Shown here piece after piece: positions 13,601 through 23,927 of a stretch of 64,000 nt of DNA. The stretch's first letter is position 1, and the number at the start of each line of letters is the position of its first letter. Both the position numbers and the translations under genes were made by a program. This DNA comes from Candidatus Dormiibacterota bacterium (GTDB taxonomy: Bacteria > Chloroflexota > Dormibacteria > Aeolococcales > Aeolococcaceae). The stretch lies in assembly GCA_963709585.1 (NCBI GenBank), contig CAVPXI010000004.1:288001-352000 (forward strand). Reading direction: 5' to 3'. The notes under the pieces are model-generated. The model did not search any database and had not been told where the DNA came from. It saw only the letters and a list, made by a program, of their open reading frames with translations.

Positions 13601-14266
13601 CTACAGCAGCGTGTCGACACCACCATCAACGAGCTCGGCGCGCATCTCGACGGTCTCATCGTGCAGGTGGGCGGTGCCATCCGGGACATGCGCACGTTCG
13701 TGCCGCGCAGGAGCACGACCGGCCAGCGGATGGCCGCGCTCCAGATCGAGGATCTGACCGGGAGCGTCGAGGTCGTGGTGTTCGCACGGGTTTTCGAGGA
13801 GTGCGTCGCCGCGCTGCGCCCCGATGCGGTGATCGTGGTCCGCGGCAAGGTCGAGGCGGGGCGGACGACCAGCGGTGCCACGACCACGCACGCGGGTGAG
13901 GATGAGGATCGCGTCGACCTCGAACCCCCGCAGATTCTCGCCGAGGCCGTGTACGCCTACGACGATCCCCGTCTTGCCACCTGGCGGCGGGACAGCACCG
14001 TGCACATCAGCGTCAATGCGTCGCAGATCGCCACACTCGGCGCGCTCCGGCACGCCTTCGAGGAGCACCGGGGCGACTGCCCGGTGGTGCTGCACGTCGA
14101 CTCGGGGACGAGCGTCGACGAGATCACGCTCGCCGTCGACTTCACTGTCGAACCATGTCCGGCGCTCGAGCGCGCCGTGGAGTACCTGGTCGGGGACAGC
14201 GCGTATCGCGTCGAGATGCGGCGCGTCCGTGCCCCCGAACGCGAGCGCACTGGCGCACGGCGCTGA
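10652..14266 (+). CDS. dnaE: DNA polymerase III alpha subunit
   Basis: PHP domain HLHTHSEFSLLDG, GRGSAAGS, PDIDIDF, C-terminal OB fold. Confidence 0.98.
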   Translation: MQQPSSTGSEIESGGFVHLHTHSEFSLLDGASRVRELVDSAKAMGQTAIAVTDHGVLYGAVDFYASARAAKINPVLGCEMYMAPRSRHDREGRTDRDPNHLILLARNDTGYRNLIKLVSTSHLEGYYYKPRIDRQLLAEHAEGLICLSACLGGELPQAILRGDMAAAETVAREHAEIFGTDGYFLELQDHGIPEEDTVRAGLVEIARRTGLPLVATNDSHYIKPEDAEAHDILLCLQTGARREEEKRFRFSGPDYYLASTQQMRDRFAAYTEAVANTVAIANRCHVEIPLGQNLLPTYSPIPEGLDADTYLRELCEAGVQERYADAVTAEVRERLHMELDVIRETGFSAYFLIVWDLIRAARCDGVRVGPGRGSAAGSLVSYVLHITDIEPLRYGLIFERFLNRERVQMPDIDIDFDDRGRDRVLTYVQEKYGRDRVAQIITFGTMAARAAIRDVGRVLNVPLPDVDRLAKLVPQVVNITLDRALSESRELKDLYDHEDWAKHIIDNAQRLEGICRNASTHAAAVVIGSEPLANIVPLQRSTAGDGTAVTQYDMNGVSQIGLLKIDLLGLSNLTVIAEAADMVRAHRGVDLDIDKLPLDDAKTYELLGKADTHGIFQLEATFAKRILIDMQPKSLEDLGAAVALNRPGPIEGGATATWMRRKRGEEPVTYMLPELEPILKDTYGAILYQDQVMKIASAVAGFTLGEADILRAAMGKKDKVKMSKQREQFLSGAAARGVAPETALQLFELIALFAGYGFNGAHSISYGLIAYQTAYLKANFPREYMCALLNSRADNFDKLKQSILDSHARGLVVRPPDVNRSASDFSLGDEAQGEILYGLRHIKTVGERVAAEIVAEREGEGPFTSLFDLCLRVASRDLNRRVVEALIRSGACDSLGERGAMLAVLDRALDRAATIRRERELGQTSLFGDIVVLVEPVSQPADELDGRDVNGPFAIAADERLSWEREFLGMYLSDHPLRRIAGELQQRVDTTINELGAHLDGLIVQVGGAIRDMRTFVPRRSTTGQRMAALQIEDLTGSVEVVVFARVFEECVAALRPDAVIVVRGKVEAGRTTSGATTTHAGEDEDRVDLEPPQILAEAVYAYDDPRLATWRRDSTVHISVNASQIATLGALRHAFEEHRGDCPVVLHVDSGTSVDEITLAVDFTVEPCPALERAVEYLVGDSAYRVEMRRVRAPERERTGARR

Positions 14267-14274
14267 GCTGCCGC

Positions 14275-14841
14275 TCAGATCGATGGGAGCAGCAAACCGA
14301 AGACGATCCTGATCACGATGATCAGCACGATGTACATGATCAGTGCCGCGATGGCCGGGTAGTCGATCCCGGCGGTCACGCGCCCGCGGTGCAGGCCCGC
14401 GAACGGGGCGACGAGCGGGTTGGTCATGGTGCGAACCATTTGCACCATCGGATGCCACGGGTCGGCGTGGAACACGGCGAGCAGGATGCGGATGAACACG
14501 ATGATGGCGATGGCGATCGCGATGTCGACCACCAGCGTCTCGATGAGCGCCACGATGGTTCCAGCGGTATCCACGCCACCGCCGGCAACGAGCGTCTGCA
14601 GGATCTGCGCGACGAAATTGATGACCACGATCGCCAGAATCGGCGAGAAGTCGATGCCGCTGAACGTGGGGAGGATGCGGCGGAAGGGCGCGAGGATCGG
14701 GTCGACGATGATGCGCAACCAGCGCACCACCGGATGCCACGGGCTGAGCCCGATCCACGACACGGCGATCCGCGCGATGATCAGGACGGTCAGCGCCACC
14801 TCGACGAAGCCGATGACGTTGAAGAGCAGCAGTTGTGTCAC
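14275..14841 (-). CDS. yggT: YggT family membrane protein with two YggT repeats
   Basis: Two copies of PWHP...P.L.PF...IDxxP.I motifs. Confidence 0.85.
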   Translation of the reverse strand: MTQLLLFNVIGFVEVALTVLIIARIAVSWIGLSPWHPVVRWLRIIVDPILAPFRRILPTFSGIDFSPILAIVVINFVAQILQTLVAGGGVDTAGTIVALIETLVVDIAIAIAIIVFIRILLAVFHADPWHPMVQMVRTMTNPLVAPFAGLHRGRVTAGIDYPAIAALIMYIVLIIVIRIVFGLLLPSI

Positions 14842-15746
14842 CGGGCGGCGGCGGGCTCCTTGGCGGCGGCGGGTTCGTCCGGTGAGCGCTTCTCGAACCG
14901 GGTGATGGTTCGCCGCCACAGCAGGTAGAGCAGCGGTACCGCGAACACGAGCATCGCAATCGACGTCCACTGTGCCTCGCGCAGCCCGAGCGGACCGGGC
15001 GGTTCACTCGCCCGAAACTCGAAGAGGATCAGCTGGCTCACCGCATAGAGGGCGACGTAGGTGATAGCGAGCACGCCGGGGCGCACGTTGCGGCGCATCA
15101 GCAGAAGCAGCACGATGCCGATACAGATGGTGCCGAGCGCCTCGTACACCGCCGCGGGCTGATACGCGATGCAGTGCGCCGGCGTGCAGATGCTGAAGCC
15201 GCTTTGCAGGATCGCGTGTTGATTCGAGTACGCGGTCGCCCACGGTAGCGTGCTCGCCGCACCAAGGATGTCGCCGTTGATCACGTTGCCGATGCGTCCG
15301 ATCGGCTGACCCACCACAGCGAAGAGCACACCGCCGTCAAGCGCGAGCCACGGGTTGTATCCGTACCGCCAGGCGCAGATGGCGAGGGTCACGAAGCCGA
15401 CGATGATGGCGCCGAAGAAGGCCATCCCACCCTGCCAGAAGGCAATGATGTTGATCGGGTGGAGCACGTAGTTGTTCCACAGGTCCGGCTGCTGCAGCAC
15501 GTAATAGAGACGGCCCCCCAGCAGCCCGAAGATGATCGTCCAGACGCAGATTTTCTCGGCGACCGGCTTTGGCAGGCCGCGCTTGATCGCGTAGGGGAGC
15601 ACCCCGAACTGATAGGCGGCCAGGAACGCGACCGCATACATCACGCCGTACCAGTGGATCGGCAGGGGACCCAGGTTCAGGACCGGGTCGATGTTGATCG
15701 TGATGAAGCCGACGGGGCCGGCGCTAGCGGGCACGGCTGTCATCAT
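14838..15746 (-). CDS. lgt: Prolipoprotein diacylglyceryl transferase
   Basis: IHWYG, GGRLYY, GGMAFFG, GRIGNVING, YE, EFR motifs. Confidence 0.93.
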   Translation of the reverse strand: MMTAVPASAGPVGFITINIDPVLNLGPLPIHWYGVMYAVAFLAAYQFGVLPYAIKRGLPKPVAEKICVWTIIFGLLGGRLYYVLQQPDLWNNYVLHPINIIAFWQGGMAFFGAIIVGFVTLAICAWRYGYNPWLALDGGVLFAVVGQPIGRIGNVINGDILGAASTLPWATAYSNQHAILQSGFSICTPAHCIAYQPAAVYEALGTICIGIVLLLLMRRNVRPGVLAITYVALYAVSQLILFEFRASEPPGPLGLREAQWTSIAMLVFAVPLLYLLWRRTITRFEKRSPDEPAAAKEPAAAR

Positions 15747-16356
15747 GCGGACTTCCCGCGGCCGGATGCACCTCGAGGACGCGATAGCCGCCCTTGGAGC
15801 GGACCCGCTCGACGCGATGACCGAGGCCCGCCAGCCACGCGGCCAGGGAGTCGGCACCGAGATGGCGATGCACCACGAGCAGTGCCACAGCCTCCGGCTC
15901 GAGCCGCCCAATCCAGGCGAGCAGCAGCTCGTGGAGCGCCGGCTTGCCGAGCCGGACCGGTGGGTTGGAGTAGACGGCCGCAAACCTGCCGCGGTCGGGA
16001 ACGGCGTCGGGCTCGGCGGGGACCACGTTCTGGGCACCGGCGCGCTCGGCATTGCGCACACACAGGTCGAGCGCGCGGCGGTTGACGTCCACCGCCCACA
16101 CCCGGGCGTCAGGATTGCGCAGCGCGAGAGTGATGGCGATCGCGCCGTAGCCGCAGCCGACGTCGACCAGCTCTCCCGCGGGTACCGGCGGCAGGCTCCT
16201 CAAGAGGAGGTCGGTTCCGAAGTCGAGGTGACCGTGGGCGAAGACGCCGCGGTCGGTGTCGAGCTCGAAGCTCAGATCCGGGAGGCTGACCCGGATCGTG
16301 CGCGGACGCGACGCGACCTTCGGCTCGGCGCTGAAATAGTGATCCTGGCTCACCAT
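15724..16356 (-). CDS. Small class I SAM methyltransferase (RsmC/MTS-like)
   Basis: HYFS, GVF..LDFGT, DVGCGYG, SNPP motifs. Confidence 0.88.
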   Translation of the reverse strand: MVSQDHYFSAEPKVASRPRTIRVSLPDLSFELDTDRGVFAHGHLDFGTDLLLRSLPPVPAGELVDVGCGYGAIAITLALRNPDARVWAVDVNRRALDLCVRNAERAGAQNVVPAEPDAVPDRGRFAAVYSNPPVRLGKPALHELLLAWIGRLEPEAVALLVVHRHLGADSLAAWLAGLGHRVERVRSKGGYRVLEVHPAAGSPHDDSRAR

Positions 16357-16378
16357 CTCAGGGTAGTAGGCTGCGGCG

Positions 16379-17551
16379 GTGAGCACCTATGACGTCGCCG
16401 TGGTCGGCCTGGGCGCGGCCGGTGCGGCGACGTTGTACCAACTCGCCCGGCGCGGGGTGAGCGTCATCGGTATCGATCGATTCTCGCCGCCGCACATCTA
16501 CGGCTCGACCCACGGGGACACGCGGATCACCCGCGAGGCAATCGGGGAAGGCGAGGCCTACACCCCGCTTGTGCAGCGTTCGCATGCCATCTGGCGGGAG
16601 CTCGAGGCCGACACCGGCCAGGATCTCCTCACCCAGTGCGGCGGTCTGATCATCGAGGCCGCCGGCGGCGGGGCCGCGGGTCACCATCGTCATGAGTTTC
16701 TCGCCAGCACGATCGCCTGCGCGAACCGGTACGGCATCAGGCACGAGCTGCTCAGCGCCGCGGATGTCACCGGCCGTTTCCCGCAGTTCACACTCGACGG
16801 CGACGAGTCCGCCTTCTACGAGCCGACCGCCGGCTTCGTCCGTCCGGAGCGATGCGTGAATGCGCAGCTGACTGTCGCTGCCCGCCTCGGTGCCGAGATT
16901 CACCGCGACGAGCGCGTGCTAGCAGTTGAATCGTCGGAAAGCGGCGTGCGGGTGCGCACCGACGGCGGCGTCCACGAAGCCGCGCGTGTGGTCCTGGCGG
17001 TGGGGCCGTGGGTGCGCGATTTCGTCGAGCCGGAGCAGCTCCGATTGTTCAATGTCTACCGGCAGGTGATGGCCTGGTTCGAACTGAAGCCGAACGCCGT
17101 GGATCACACGCCCGGCGCGATGCCGGTGTTCATCTGGGGCCTGAGCGACGGCAACGCGTTCTATGGATTGCCGGCGATTGATGGGTGCCGCGAGATCAAG
17201 GTCGCGACCGAGGAACTCGACCATCCCACCAGCGCGGACGAAGCCTCACTCGATGTCGATCCCGGCGAACCGCGTTCGCTGCATGACTCGCTGATCCGCA
17301 CACGTTTCCCGGGCGTCTCGTCCCGGTGCGTCCGGGCGGCGCGATGCCTCTACACCGTCACCCCGGACGCGAACTTCGTCATCGACGATCACCTGGACCT
17401 CCCCGGGGTTCTGCTCGTGTCGCCCTGTTCCGGGCACGGGTTCAAGCACTCGGCCGGCCTCGGCGAGGCGATCGCCCAGCAGGTCACGACGGGGACGAGC
17501 GACGCGGACCTCTCGCAGTTCAGGCTCGACCGGTTTGGAGCGGTCGTTTAG
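16379..17551 (+). CDS. solA: N-methyl-L-tryptophan/sarcosine oxidase family FAD oxidoreductase
   Basis: VVGLGAAG, GSTHGDTRI, CLYTVTPD, CSGHGFK. Confidence 0.9.
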   Translation: MSTYDVAVVGLGAAGAATLYQLARRGVSVIGIDRFSPPHIYGSTHGDTRITREAIGEGEAYTPLVQRSHAIWRELEADTGQDLLTQCGGLIIEAAGGGAAGHHRHEFLASTIACANRYGIRHELLSAADVTGRFPQFTLDGDESAFYEPTAGFVRPERCVNAQLTVAARLGAEIHRDERVLAVESSESGVRVRTDGGVHEAARVVLAVGPWVRDFVEPEQLRLFNVYRQVMAWFELKPNAVDHTPGAMPVFIWGLSDGNAFYGLPAIDGCREIKVATEELDHPTSADEASLDVDPGEPRSLHDSLIRTRFPGVSSRCVRAARCLYTVTPDANFVIDDHLDLPGVLLVSPCSGHGFKHSAGLGEAIAQQVTTGTSDADLSQFRLDRFGAVV

Positions 17552-17687
17552 CGTTTCCCGGTCCCAGGACTTCGCTGATCTCGTAGCCGAACAGGTCGTG
17601 GACATGACGGACGGTCCCAAAGGCTGACCGGTTCTTAACCCCACCTTCATCAAGGTCCAAATACGATGGCCTTGACCCAACCCCCTT

Positions 17688-17718
17688 AGAGACCTTCGGC
17701 ATCTCGCCGAGGGTCTCT
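17688..17718. terminator. Stem-loop between convergent genes
   Basis: AGAGACCTTCGGC-atctc-GCCGAGGGTCTCT, 13-bp stem with one G-U pair. Confidence 0.6.
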
Positions 17719-17774
17719 CGCTATGTGGGGTTTTCTCGCGAGAAGAGCCAGGGCCCTCGGCCCACGTGCTCTAT

Positions 17775-17957
17775 TCAGACGTTTTCTTCGGTGTGGCTCT
17801 CATCCGGGGCCGCCGCCGGGTGGACGTCGAGTTGCCGGTTCGCGAAATCCGGATCGCTTGTGGCGTTGGCGAACTTGTGGCCCTTGGTGTCATCGTCCTC
17901 GGTCTCTCGGGTGCGAGCTTCCGGGGCTTCCTGCTCGTCGTTCGTGTCCGTGGTCAT
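17775..17957 (-). CDS. Small acidic hypothetical protein (60 aa)
   Basis: ATG preceded by AAGGAG RBS. Confidence 0.6.
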   Translation of the reverse strand: MTTDTNDEQEAPEARTRETEDDDTKGHKFANATSDPDFANRQLDVHPAAAPDESHTEENV

Positions 17958-18177
17958 TGGCGTTTTCTCCTTGGCGGTTGGGACCGCGCTCTCACTGTTG
18001 GCATGATTCTTTCACTTGCCACGCGTTGAGTTAGTCGGCCACACGACAACTCCCTGGTCGCCGATCTGACAGCAGAGGAGGGCGGCGCATCGCGCAGCCT
18101 TGAACCGACCACGCGGCGACAACGCTCATCTCGTTTTGACGCTCTTGATAAGCACCAACTGAGTCGGTGGAAGCTCC

Positions 18178-18756
18178 TCAGAGTTGGATGAGGTTGACGC
18201 CGGCGAGCGGGTGGTGGATCTGTTGCATCGCTCCGCCTGTCGCAAGGTCGCCGAGGTCGATGGTGGCGAAGCCCGCGTCCTGGAACAGTCCTGCGACCAC
18301 GGACTTGGCTTCGACGTCGTCGCCGGAGATGAAGAGCACGCGCTGGCCGCCGGACTCGTGGGGATCCGAGGCGAGCACTTCGGCGCTCAGGGTGTTGGCG
18401 GCTTTGACGACACGCGCGCCGGAGACGAGGCCGGCGACGATCTCGCTCGATGTCCTCCCGTTGAGGTCGTCGGCGCCCCAGTCGTTGGTCGCGTCGATGA
18501 CGACCTGACTGTTCCACTCAAGACCGTTGACAGCGGCGGGCACGCGGTCTCACACGACGGCGATCACGACGATCGCTGCTGCCGCAGCGTCGGCCGGCCT
18601 GCCCGTGGAGATTCCTTCGCCCAGGGCAGAGGCGAGTGAAGTAAGTGACTCAGGGCCGCGGCTGTTGGCGATCACTACCGAGCGACCGGCGCGAACGGCG
18701 ACGCGCGCCATAGCCTGGCCGAGCCGCCCGGCGCCGATGATGCCGATGTCGGTCAC
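18178..18756 (-). pseudogene. NADP oxidoreductase (F420-dependent family) with in-frame TGA at 18550-18552
   Basis: IGIIGAGRLG, NSRGPESL, IDATN, VVKAANTL; both halves in the same frame, stop replaces the Trp of the AV-x-W motif. Confidence 0.8.
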
Positions 18757-19415
18757 CGTGGCTCCTCGTACTCGGAGGCGAAAAGGTAGCTGACCGCCAG
18801 GCTGCGGTACGGCCGCCAACGTTCCGACATCTCAATCAGCTCTGCTTCGGAGGGAACGTGGTCGAAACCATAGACCCGTTGGATCGCGCGACGCAACGCG
18901 ATATCGCCGGTGAGAAACACGTCTGGTCGGTTCAGCGCGACGAGCAAGAAGCCGTGCGCCGACCACGGTCCGATGCCTGAAACGTCGGTCAGGGCTGCCT
19001 CGACCTCTTCGTCCGTCATGCGCTCAAGCGCCGCATCGCTCAGCCGCCCATCCACGAATCGCTCCGCGAGCGCCCGTAGCGTCGCGCCCTTGCGAGCCGA
19101 GAGCCCGGCGGCCCGAAGCACCTCCGGAGCGGCAGCCAGCAATTCGGCCGGCGACGGCAAACGACCGCCAAACCGCTCCTCGATGCGAGACACGATCGTG
19201 CGTGTCGCAGCGACTGACAACTGCTGACCGACGACCTGGAAAATGAGTGTCCCGAACGCATCGAGCGGCGGGAGCTCGTCCAGCCACGCTCGCGGACGAA
19301 AGGCTGGATGGGCGTCGATGACGGCCGCGAGCACCGGATCGGCCTTGCGAAGGAACTCACGAGCCTTTCGGTCGGCGAGGGCGGCGCGTTGCCGCGGACG
19401 AGCACCCACGCTCAC
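18753..19415 (-). CDS. DNA-3-methyladenine glycosylase (AlkA/HhH-GPD family)
   Basis: VGQQLSVAA, GLSARK, GIGPWSA HhH motif, WRPYRS. Confidence 0.9.
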   Translation of the reverse strand: MSVGARPRQRAALADRKAREFLRKADPVLAAVIDAHPAFRPRAWLDELPPLDAFGTLIFQVVGQQLSVAATRTIVSRIEERFGGRLPSPAELLAAAPEVLRAAGLSARKGATLRALAERFVDGRLSDAALERMTDEEVEAALTDVSGIGPWSAHGFLLVALNRPDVFLTGDIALRRAIQRVYGFDHVPSEAELIEMSERWRPYRSLAVSYLFASEYEEPR

Positions 19416-20026
19416 GCCTTGAGCAGGCGCTCCGTGAGCACGATCTCGATGACATCGGCGACCGTATCCTCGCGAGCCCAGTCGCGCTGGAGCTCGACGG
19501 CGAGCGCCACCCAGGTAACCGGCTGCGCACCTGCCTGGACGACACGCTCGATGCCCGTGCGATGGGCCTCCTCGCTCGTGCCGCCGATCGCGTCGACGAC
19601 CGGGTAGACGTCATAGCCCTCTCTCATGGCATCAAGGGCGGGGAAGGCCATGCAGATCTCGGTCCAGAGCGCGCACAGGAGCAGCTTGCGCCGCCCGGTC
19701 GCGCGCACGGCGTCCAGGAACTCGGCGTCCTCCCACGCGTTGGTCGACGTCCTGTCGATCGCGGGGAAGTCGTCCAGCAGGTCAGCGAGCTCCGGAACCG
19801 TTGGCTGCCCGCGTCCTGACGCGACGTTGATCGTGGAGTGAACGATCGGCATGTGGAATGCCTTCGCGGTCTTCACGGTCGACACGATGTTCTCCAGCAA
19901 GAGGTCACGGTCCATCGACTGGACGGCGGCGAACTGAGACGCCTGGTAGTCGATCACGACGAGCGCAGCGTTTTGCGGCGTCAGCAGGTGATCGCCGATC
20001 GGATCCCGTATCGGCAGGCTGGCCAT
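19412..20026 (-). CDS. Isochorismatase-family hydrolase (YcaC-like)
   Basis: LLTPQNAALVVIDYQ, NAWED, LWTEIC. Confidence 0.9.
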   Translation of the reverse strand: MASLPIRDPIGDHLLTPQNAALVVIDYQASQFAAVQSMDRDLLLENIVSTVKTAKAFHMPIVHSTINVASGRGQPTVPELADLLDDFPAIDRTSTNAWEDAEFLDAVRATGRRKLLLCALWTEICMAFPALDAMREGYDVYPVVDAIGGTSEEAHRTGIERVVQAGAQPVTWVALAVELQRDWAREDTVADVIEIVLTERLLKA

Positions 20027-20979
20027 CAGGGGTGCACCTGCGAGCCGTAACCCAGGTCCAGCCGGATCGATTCCATCACCCAGAAGGTTGTGCTCTCGGT
20101 GAACACGTCGGCGGCGGCCAGCACGCCGGTGTACTTCTCGATCACAGGTGCAGCTGCGGCCGCGGCAGTCGCGTCGAGATGAGCCTTCACTGCGGCCCAG
20201 GTGTTCTCACCGTACTTCACGTAATAAGGGGTGGGATCGAGAGTGTCGATGGCGGTCCTGACGCTCGCAGAGATATCCGCCATGTACTGCTGGTGCAAGG
20301 TCACGTCGTCGCGGGTGCCGATCCTGCCGAGATGGCCGCCGATGAAATGCTTCCACGAGTACGCAAGGGCATTCGCGGGCGCCTCGATGTAGCCGGGGAT
20401 GTCCTCGGTCAGGTTGGAGATGTAGACCGGCGCCCAGCCAGCGTTGACGATGTCGACCAGCATCAGCGTGTCGTGGTCCGGCAGGTGGATGACGATGTTG
20501 TCCGGCGTGTGGTTGGCACCGTGCCAGGCGAGGTCGATCCGCTCGCCGCCGATCTCAAGGGTGCGGCGGTCCTGGAACGTCTCCTCGTTGGGTGGCTTGG
20601 CCGGGTCGTCGTCGCGCAGCATCAGACGCCGGGTCTCCTCATGTCCGATGCGGGTGATGTTCTTGTCGAAGAGGAACGACGCGCCGGCGTGGTCGGCGTG
20701 GTGATGCGAGTAGATGAGGTGTGTGACCTTGCTGCTGACGCCGTTCGCGGCGGCGATCTCGTCGACCGCCCGCTGAATGTTGTGGCCGATGGTCGGGGGC
20801 GCGTCGAGCAGGACGACGCCGTCGGACGTGGTCAGGAACGCCGACTGGTAGGTGCCGTCCGTGATCCAGTACAGGTTCCGCTCGACGCGGCCAACATAGT
20901 AGCCCTGCTCGTTGAGCGCGGGGCCGATCGCGGAGCGTGGGACGGGTGCGTAATCGGGGAGGGCTTCCGGGCTCATCAC
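20026..20979 (-). CDS. MBL-fold metallo-hydrolase
   Basis: YSHHHADHAG, NHTPDN, GGHLG motifs. Confidence 0.9.
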   Translation of the reverse strand: MMSPEALPDYAPVPRSAIGPALNEQGYYVGRVERNLYWITDGTYQSAFLTTSDGVVLLDAPPTIGHNIQRAVDEIAAANGVSSKVTHLIYSHHHADHAGASFLFDKNITRIGHEETRRLMLRDDDPAKPPNEETFQDRRTLEIGGERIDLAWHGANHTPDNIVIHLPDHDTLMLVDIVNAGWAPVYISNLTEDIPGYIEAPANALAYSWKHFIGGHLGRIGTRDDVTLHQQYMADISASVRTAIDTLDPTPYYVKYGENTWAAVKAHLDATAAAAAAPVIEKYTGVLAAADVFTESTTFWVMESIRLDLGYGSQVHP

Positions 20980-21094
20980 CAGCCCGCCGATGGATCGAGG
21001 GTGGTTGTGTTGTTCATGCCCGGATCGTGGCCTTTGCCGCCGGCGATCGAATCCCGAAAACCCGTAGTCCTGACCCCAGTGGCATGCTGCCTGG

Positions 21095-23840
21095 ATGGTC
21101 GTGAGGGCTCGTGCTGAGCAGTTGGTTGGCAGGAAGCGCGAGCGCGCGGTGCTCGAGCGGCTGCTGGATACCGCCCGGGGCGGTCACGATGCCGTCCTCG
21201 TGGTGCACGGAGACCCCGGCGTCGGCAAGACCGCGCTGCTCGAGTACACGATCGAGGCGGGCCAGGATTTTCGCGTCGTTCGGACTGCGGGTGTCGAGGG
21301 GGAGATGGAGCTCGACTACGCGGCGCTGCAACGGCTCTGTTCGCCGATCCTCGAGTTCATCGACCGCCTTCCCGATCCCCAGCGTGATGCGCTGGGCGTC
21401 GCCTTCGGACTCAACACCGGACACGCGCCGAGCCCATTCCTCGTCGGGCTCGCGGTTCTCGGCCTCCTCTCCGAAGCTGCCGAGCAGCAGCCGCTCCTGT
21501 GCGTGGTCGACGACGCGCAGTGGCTCGATGGCGCAACCGCCCAAGCGCTCGCGTTCGTGGCTCGCCGCCTGCTGGCCGAGCGGATCGCGCTCGCCTTCGG
21601 GACGCGTGAGGTGGGCAGCGGATTGGCGCGCTTCCCGGAGCTTCGCGTCGAGCCGCTGGGCCGCCGGGATTCACGAGCGCTCTTGGAGTCCGCCCTGGCT
21701 GCGCGGCTGGACGAGTCCGTGCTCGAGCGGATCATCGCCGAGACGGGCGGGAACCCGCTCGCGCTCCTCGAGCTCCCGCGCGGGCTGACGCCCGCCCAGC
21801 TCGCCGGTGGTTTCGGCCTGCCTGCGGCACTTCCTCTGTCGACTGGGATCGAACAGAGCTTCACGCGCCGGCTGGCGCGCCTTCCACGCGACGCACGGCG
21901 GTTGCTGCTCCTGGCGGCGGCAGAGCCGGTTGGCGACCCTGCGCTTCTCTGGCGGGCGGCGCACCAGCTTGGGATCCCGGAGACGGCCGCGCAGGCCGTG
22001 GAGTTGGACGGCTTGCTGATGGTCGATGGAGGAGTCGTGTTCCGTCATCCGCTGGTGCGCTCAGCGGTGTACGGGGCCGCCGAGCCCAGCGAGCGGCGCG
22101 AGGTTCACCGCGCGCTGGCGGACGCAACCGATCCGCTGACCGACCCCGATCGCCGCGCGTGGCACCGTGCGCAGGCGGCGTCGGTACCTGACGAAGCGGT
22201 GGCCACGGAGCTCGAGCACTCCGCCGCGCGTGCGCAGGCGCGGGGCGGCTTCGCTGCTGCTGCTGCCTTCCTCGAACGCGCTGCCACACTGACACCCGCT
22301 CCGGCACGCCGTGCGCGCCGTGCGCTGGTCGCAGCTCAGACGAAGTTCCGGGCAGGCGCTCTCGACGACGCACTTGGTCTGCTCTCGTCAACGGAGATCG
22401 GAGCGCTCGACGAGCTCGATCGCGCCCGAGTTCGAGTTGCTGCGCGCGCAGATCGCATTCGTCTCCACGCACGGCAGCGACGCGCCCACGTTGCTGCTTG
22501 CGGCCGCGCGCCGGCTTACGCCGCTGTCTCCGAGTTTTGCGCATGAGACGTACCTCGAGGCTCTGTCGGCAGCGATGTTCGCGGGACGCCTTGCGGCGCC
22601 GGGTGCGAGCGCGCTCGAGGTCGCGCAGGCCGTCAAGCGCGCACCGAGGCCGCCCGTCCTCGGCGGTCCCGAGTTGTTGCTCGATGGACTTGCGACCCGA
22701 TTCACTGAGGGCTATGAGGCTGCTGTCCCGATCCTGCGGCGTGCACTTCAGGCGTTCGACGTCAGCGGCCTGGCCGTGAGCGAGCAACTGCGCTGGAAGT
22801 GGCTCGCGACCGTCTCGTCGGTCCACATGTGGGATGACACGGGCTGGGAGACCCTGTCCCAACGGCACGAGCAGATCGCCCGGGAGACCGGCGCCCTCGG
22901 GGAGCTTCCGCTCGCGCTGACCCAGCGCGTCTACGCGCATCTTTTCGTGGGCGCGCTGACGACAGCGGTGTCGCTGGTCGATGAGATCCGGGCGGCGATA
23001 GAGGTCACCGGCAGCAACCTCGGGCCGTACGGTGCGGTCGGACTCGTCGCGCTTCGCGGCCGCGAGCTCGAGGCGGTCGCTCTCATCGACGAAAGCCGCC
23101 GGGACGTGGCTCTCCGAGGTGAGGGAATCGGTCTCTCGATCCTCGACTGGGCTGAGGCGGTCTTGTACAACGGCCTCGGCCGCTACGAGCAGGCATGCGC
23201 CGCGGCGCTGCGGGTTGCTGAGCATCCGCACGATCTCGGCACCTCGAACTGGTGCATCGCCGAGTTGATCGAGGCCGCGGTCCGAGCCGGAAGACCTGAG
23301 CTGGCAGCGGGTGCCCGTTCGCGTCTCGCGGTGATGGCCAAGGTGAGCGGGACGGACTGGGCCCGCGGGATCGCGGCTCGCTCGGACGCGCTCTGCGCGG
23401 AAGATGAGGGGGCCGAGGAGCTCTACGCCGAGGCCGTCAATCGACTCGGTCGATCCCGCATTGCGGTCGATCTCGCTCGCGCTCACCTCCTGTACGGTGA
23501 GTGGCTGAGACGTCAACGCCGACGCCTTGATGCACGCAGGCAGTTGCGGTCGGCTCACGACCTCTTCTCCGACTTCGGCATGGATGCATTCGCTGAGCGC
23601 GCACGCGTCGAATTGGAAGCGACCGGCGAGCGTGCTCGCAGACGCACCGTTGATACCCTTGATCAACTCACTCCGCAGGAGGCACAGATCTCGCGCCTTG
23701 TGGCGCAGGGGAACAGCAACCGCGAGATCGCCGCTCAACTGTTCATCAGCCCCAGCACGGTCGAGTACCACCTGCGCAAGGTGTTCGGCAAGCTCGGCGT
23801 CAAGTCGCGCACGCAACTGGCCAGGCGCCTGCTGGGTTAG
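21095..23840 (+). CDS. LuxR-family AAA-ATPase transcriptional regulator, frameshifted at ~22428-22433
   Basis: GDPGVGKT Walker A, VDDAQWLD, GGNPLAL; C-terminal LTPQE...HLRKVFGKLG HTH in the next frame. Confidence 0.9.
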
Positions 23841-23872
23841 GCGCGGGGCGCTGGTCTCACAGCAGCTTCAAA

Positions 23873-23927
23873 CTGCCGGGAGAGGGAGTTCGAACCCTCA
23901 CGAGGTTGCCCTCGGCGGTTTTTGAGA
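23873..23927 (-). repeat. att site: duplicated 3' part of tRNA-Leu
   Basis: CTGCCGGGAGAGGGAGT(T)CGAACCCTCACGAGGTTGCCCTCGGCGGTTTTTGAGA matches 31782-31835 except for one extra T. Confidence 0.95.

Noticed and set aside
10652-14266. Intein in dnaE
   Set aside because: Normal length, with no splice-junction or homing-endonuclease motifs seen
18550-18552. Selenocysteine or recoded TGA
   Set aside because: It aligns with a conserved Trp (TGG to TGA), and TGA is a normal stop elsewhere in the window
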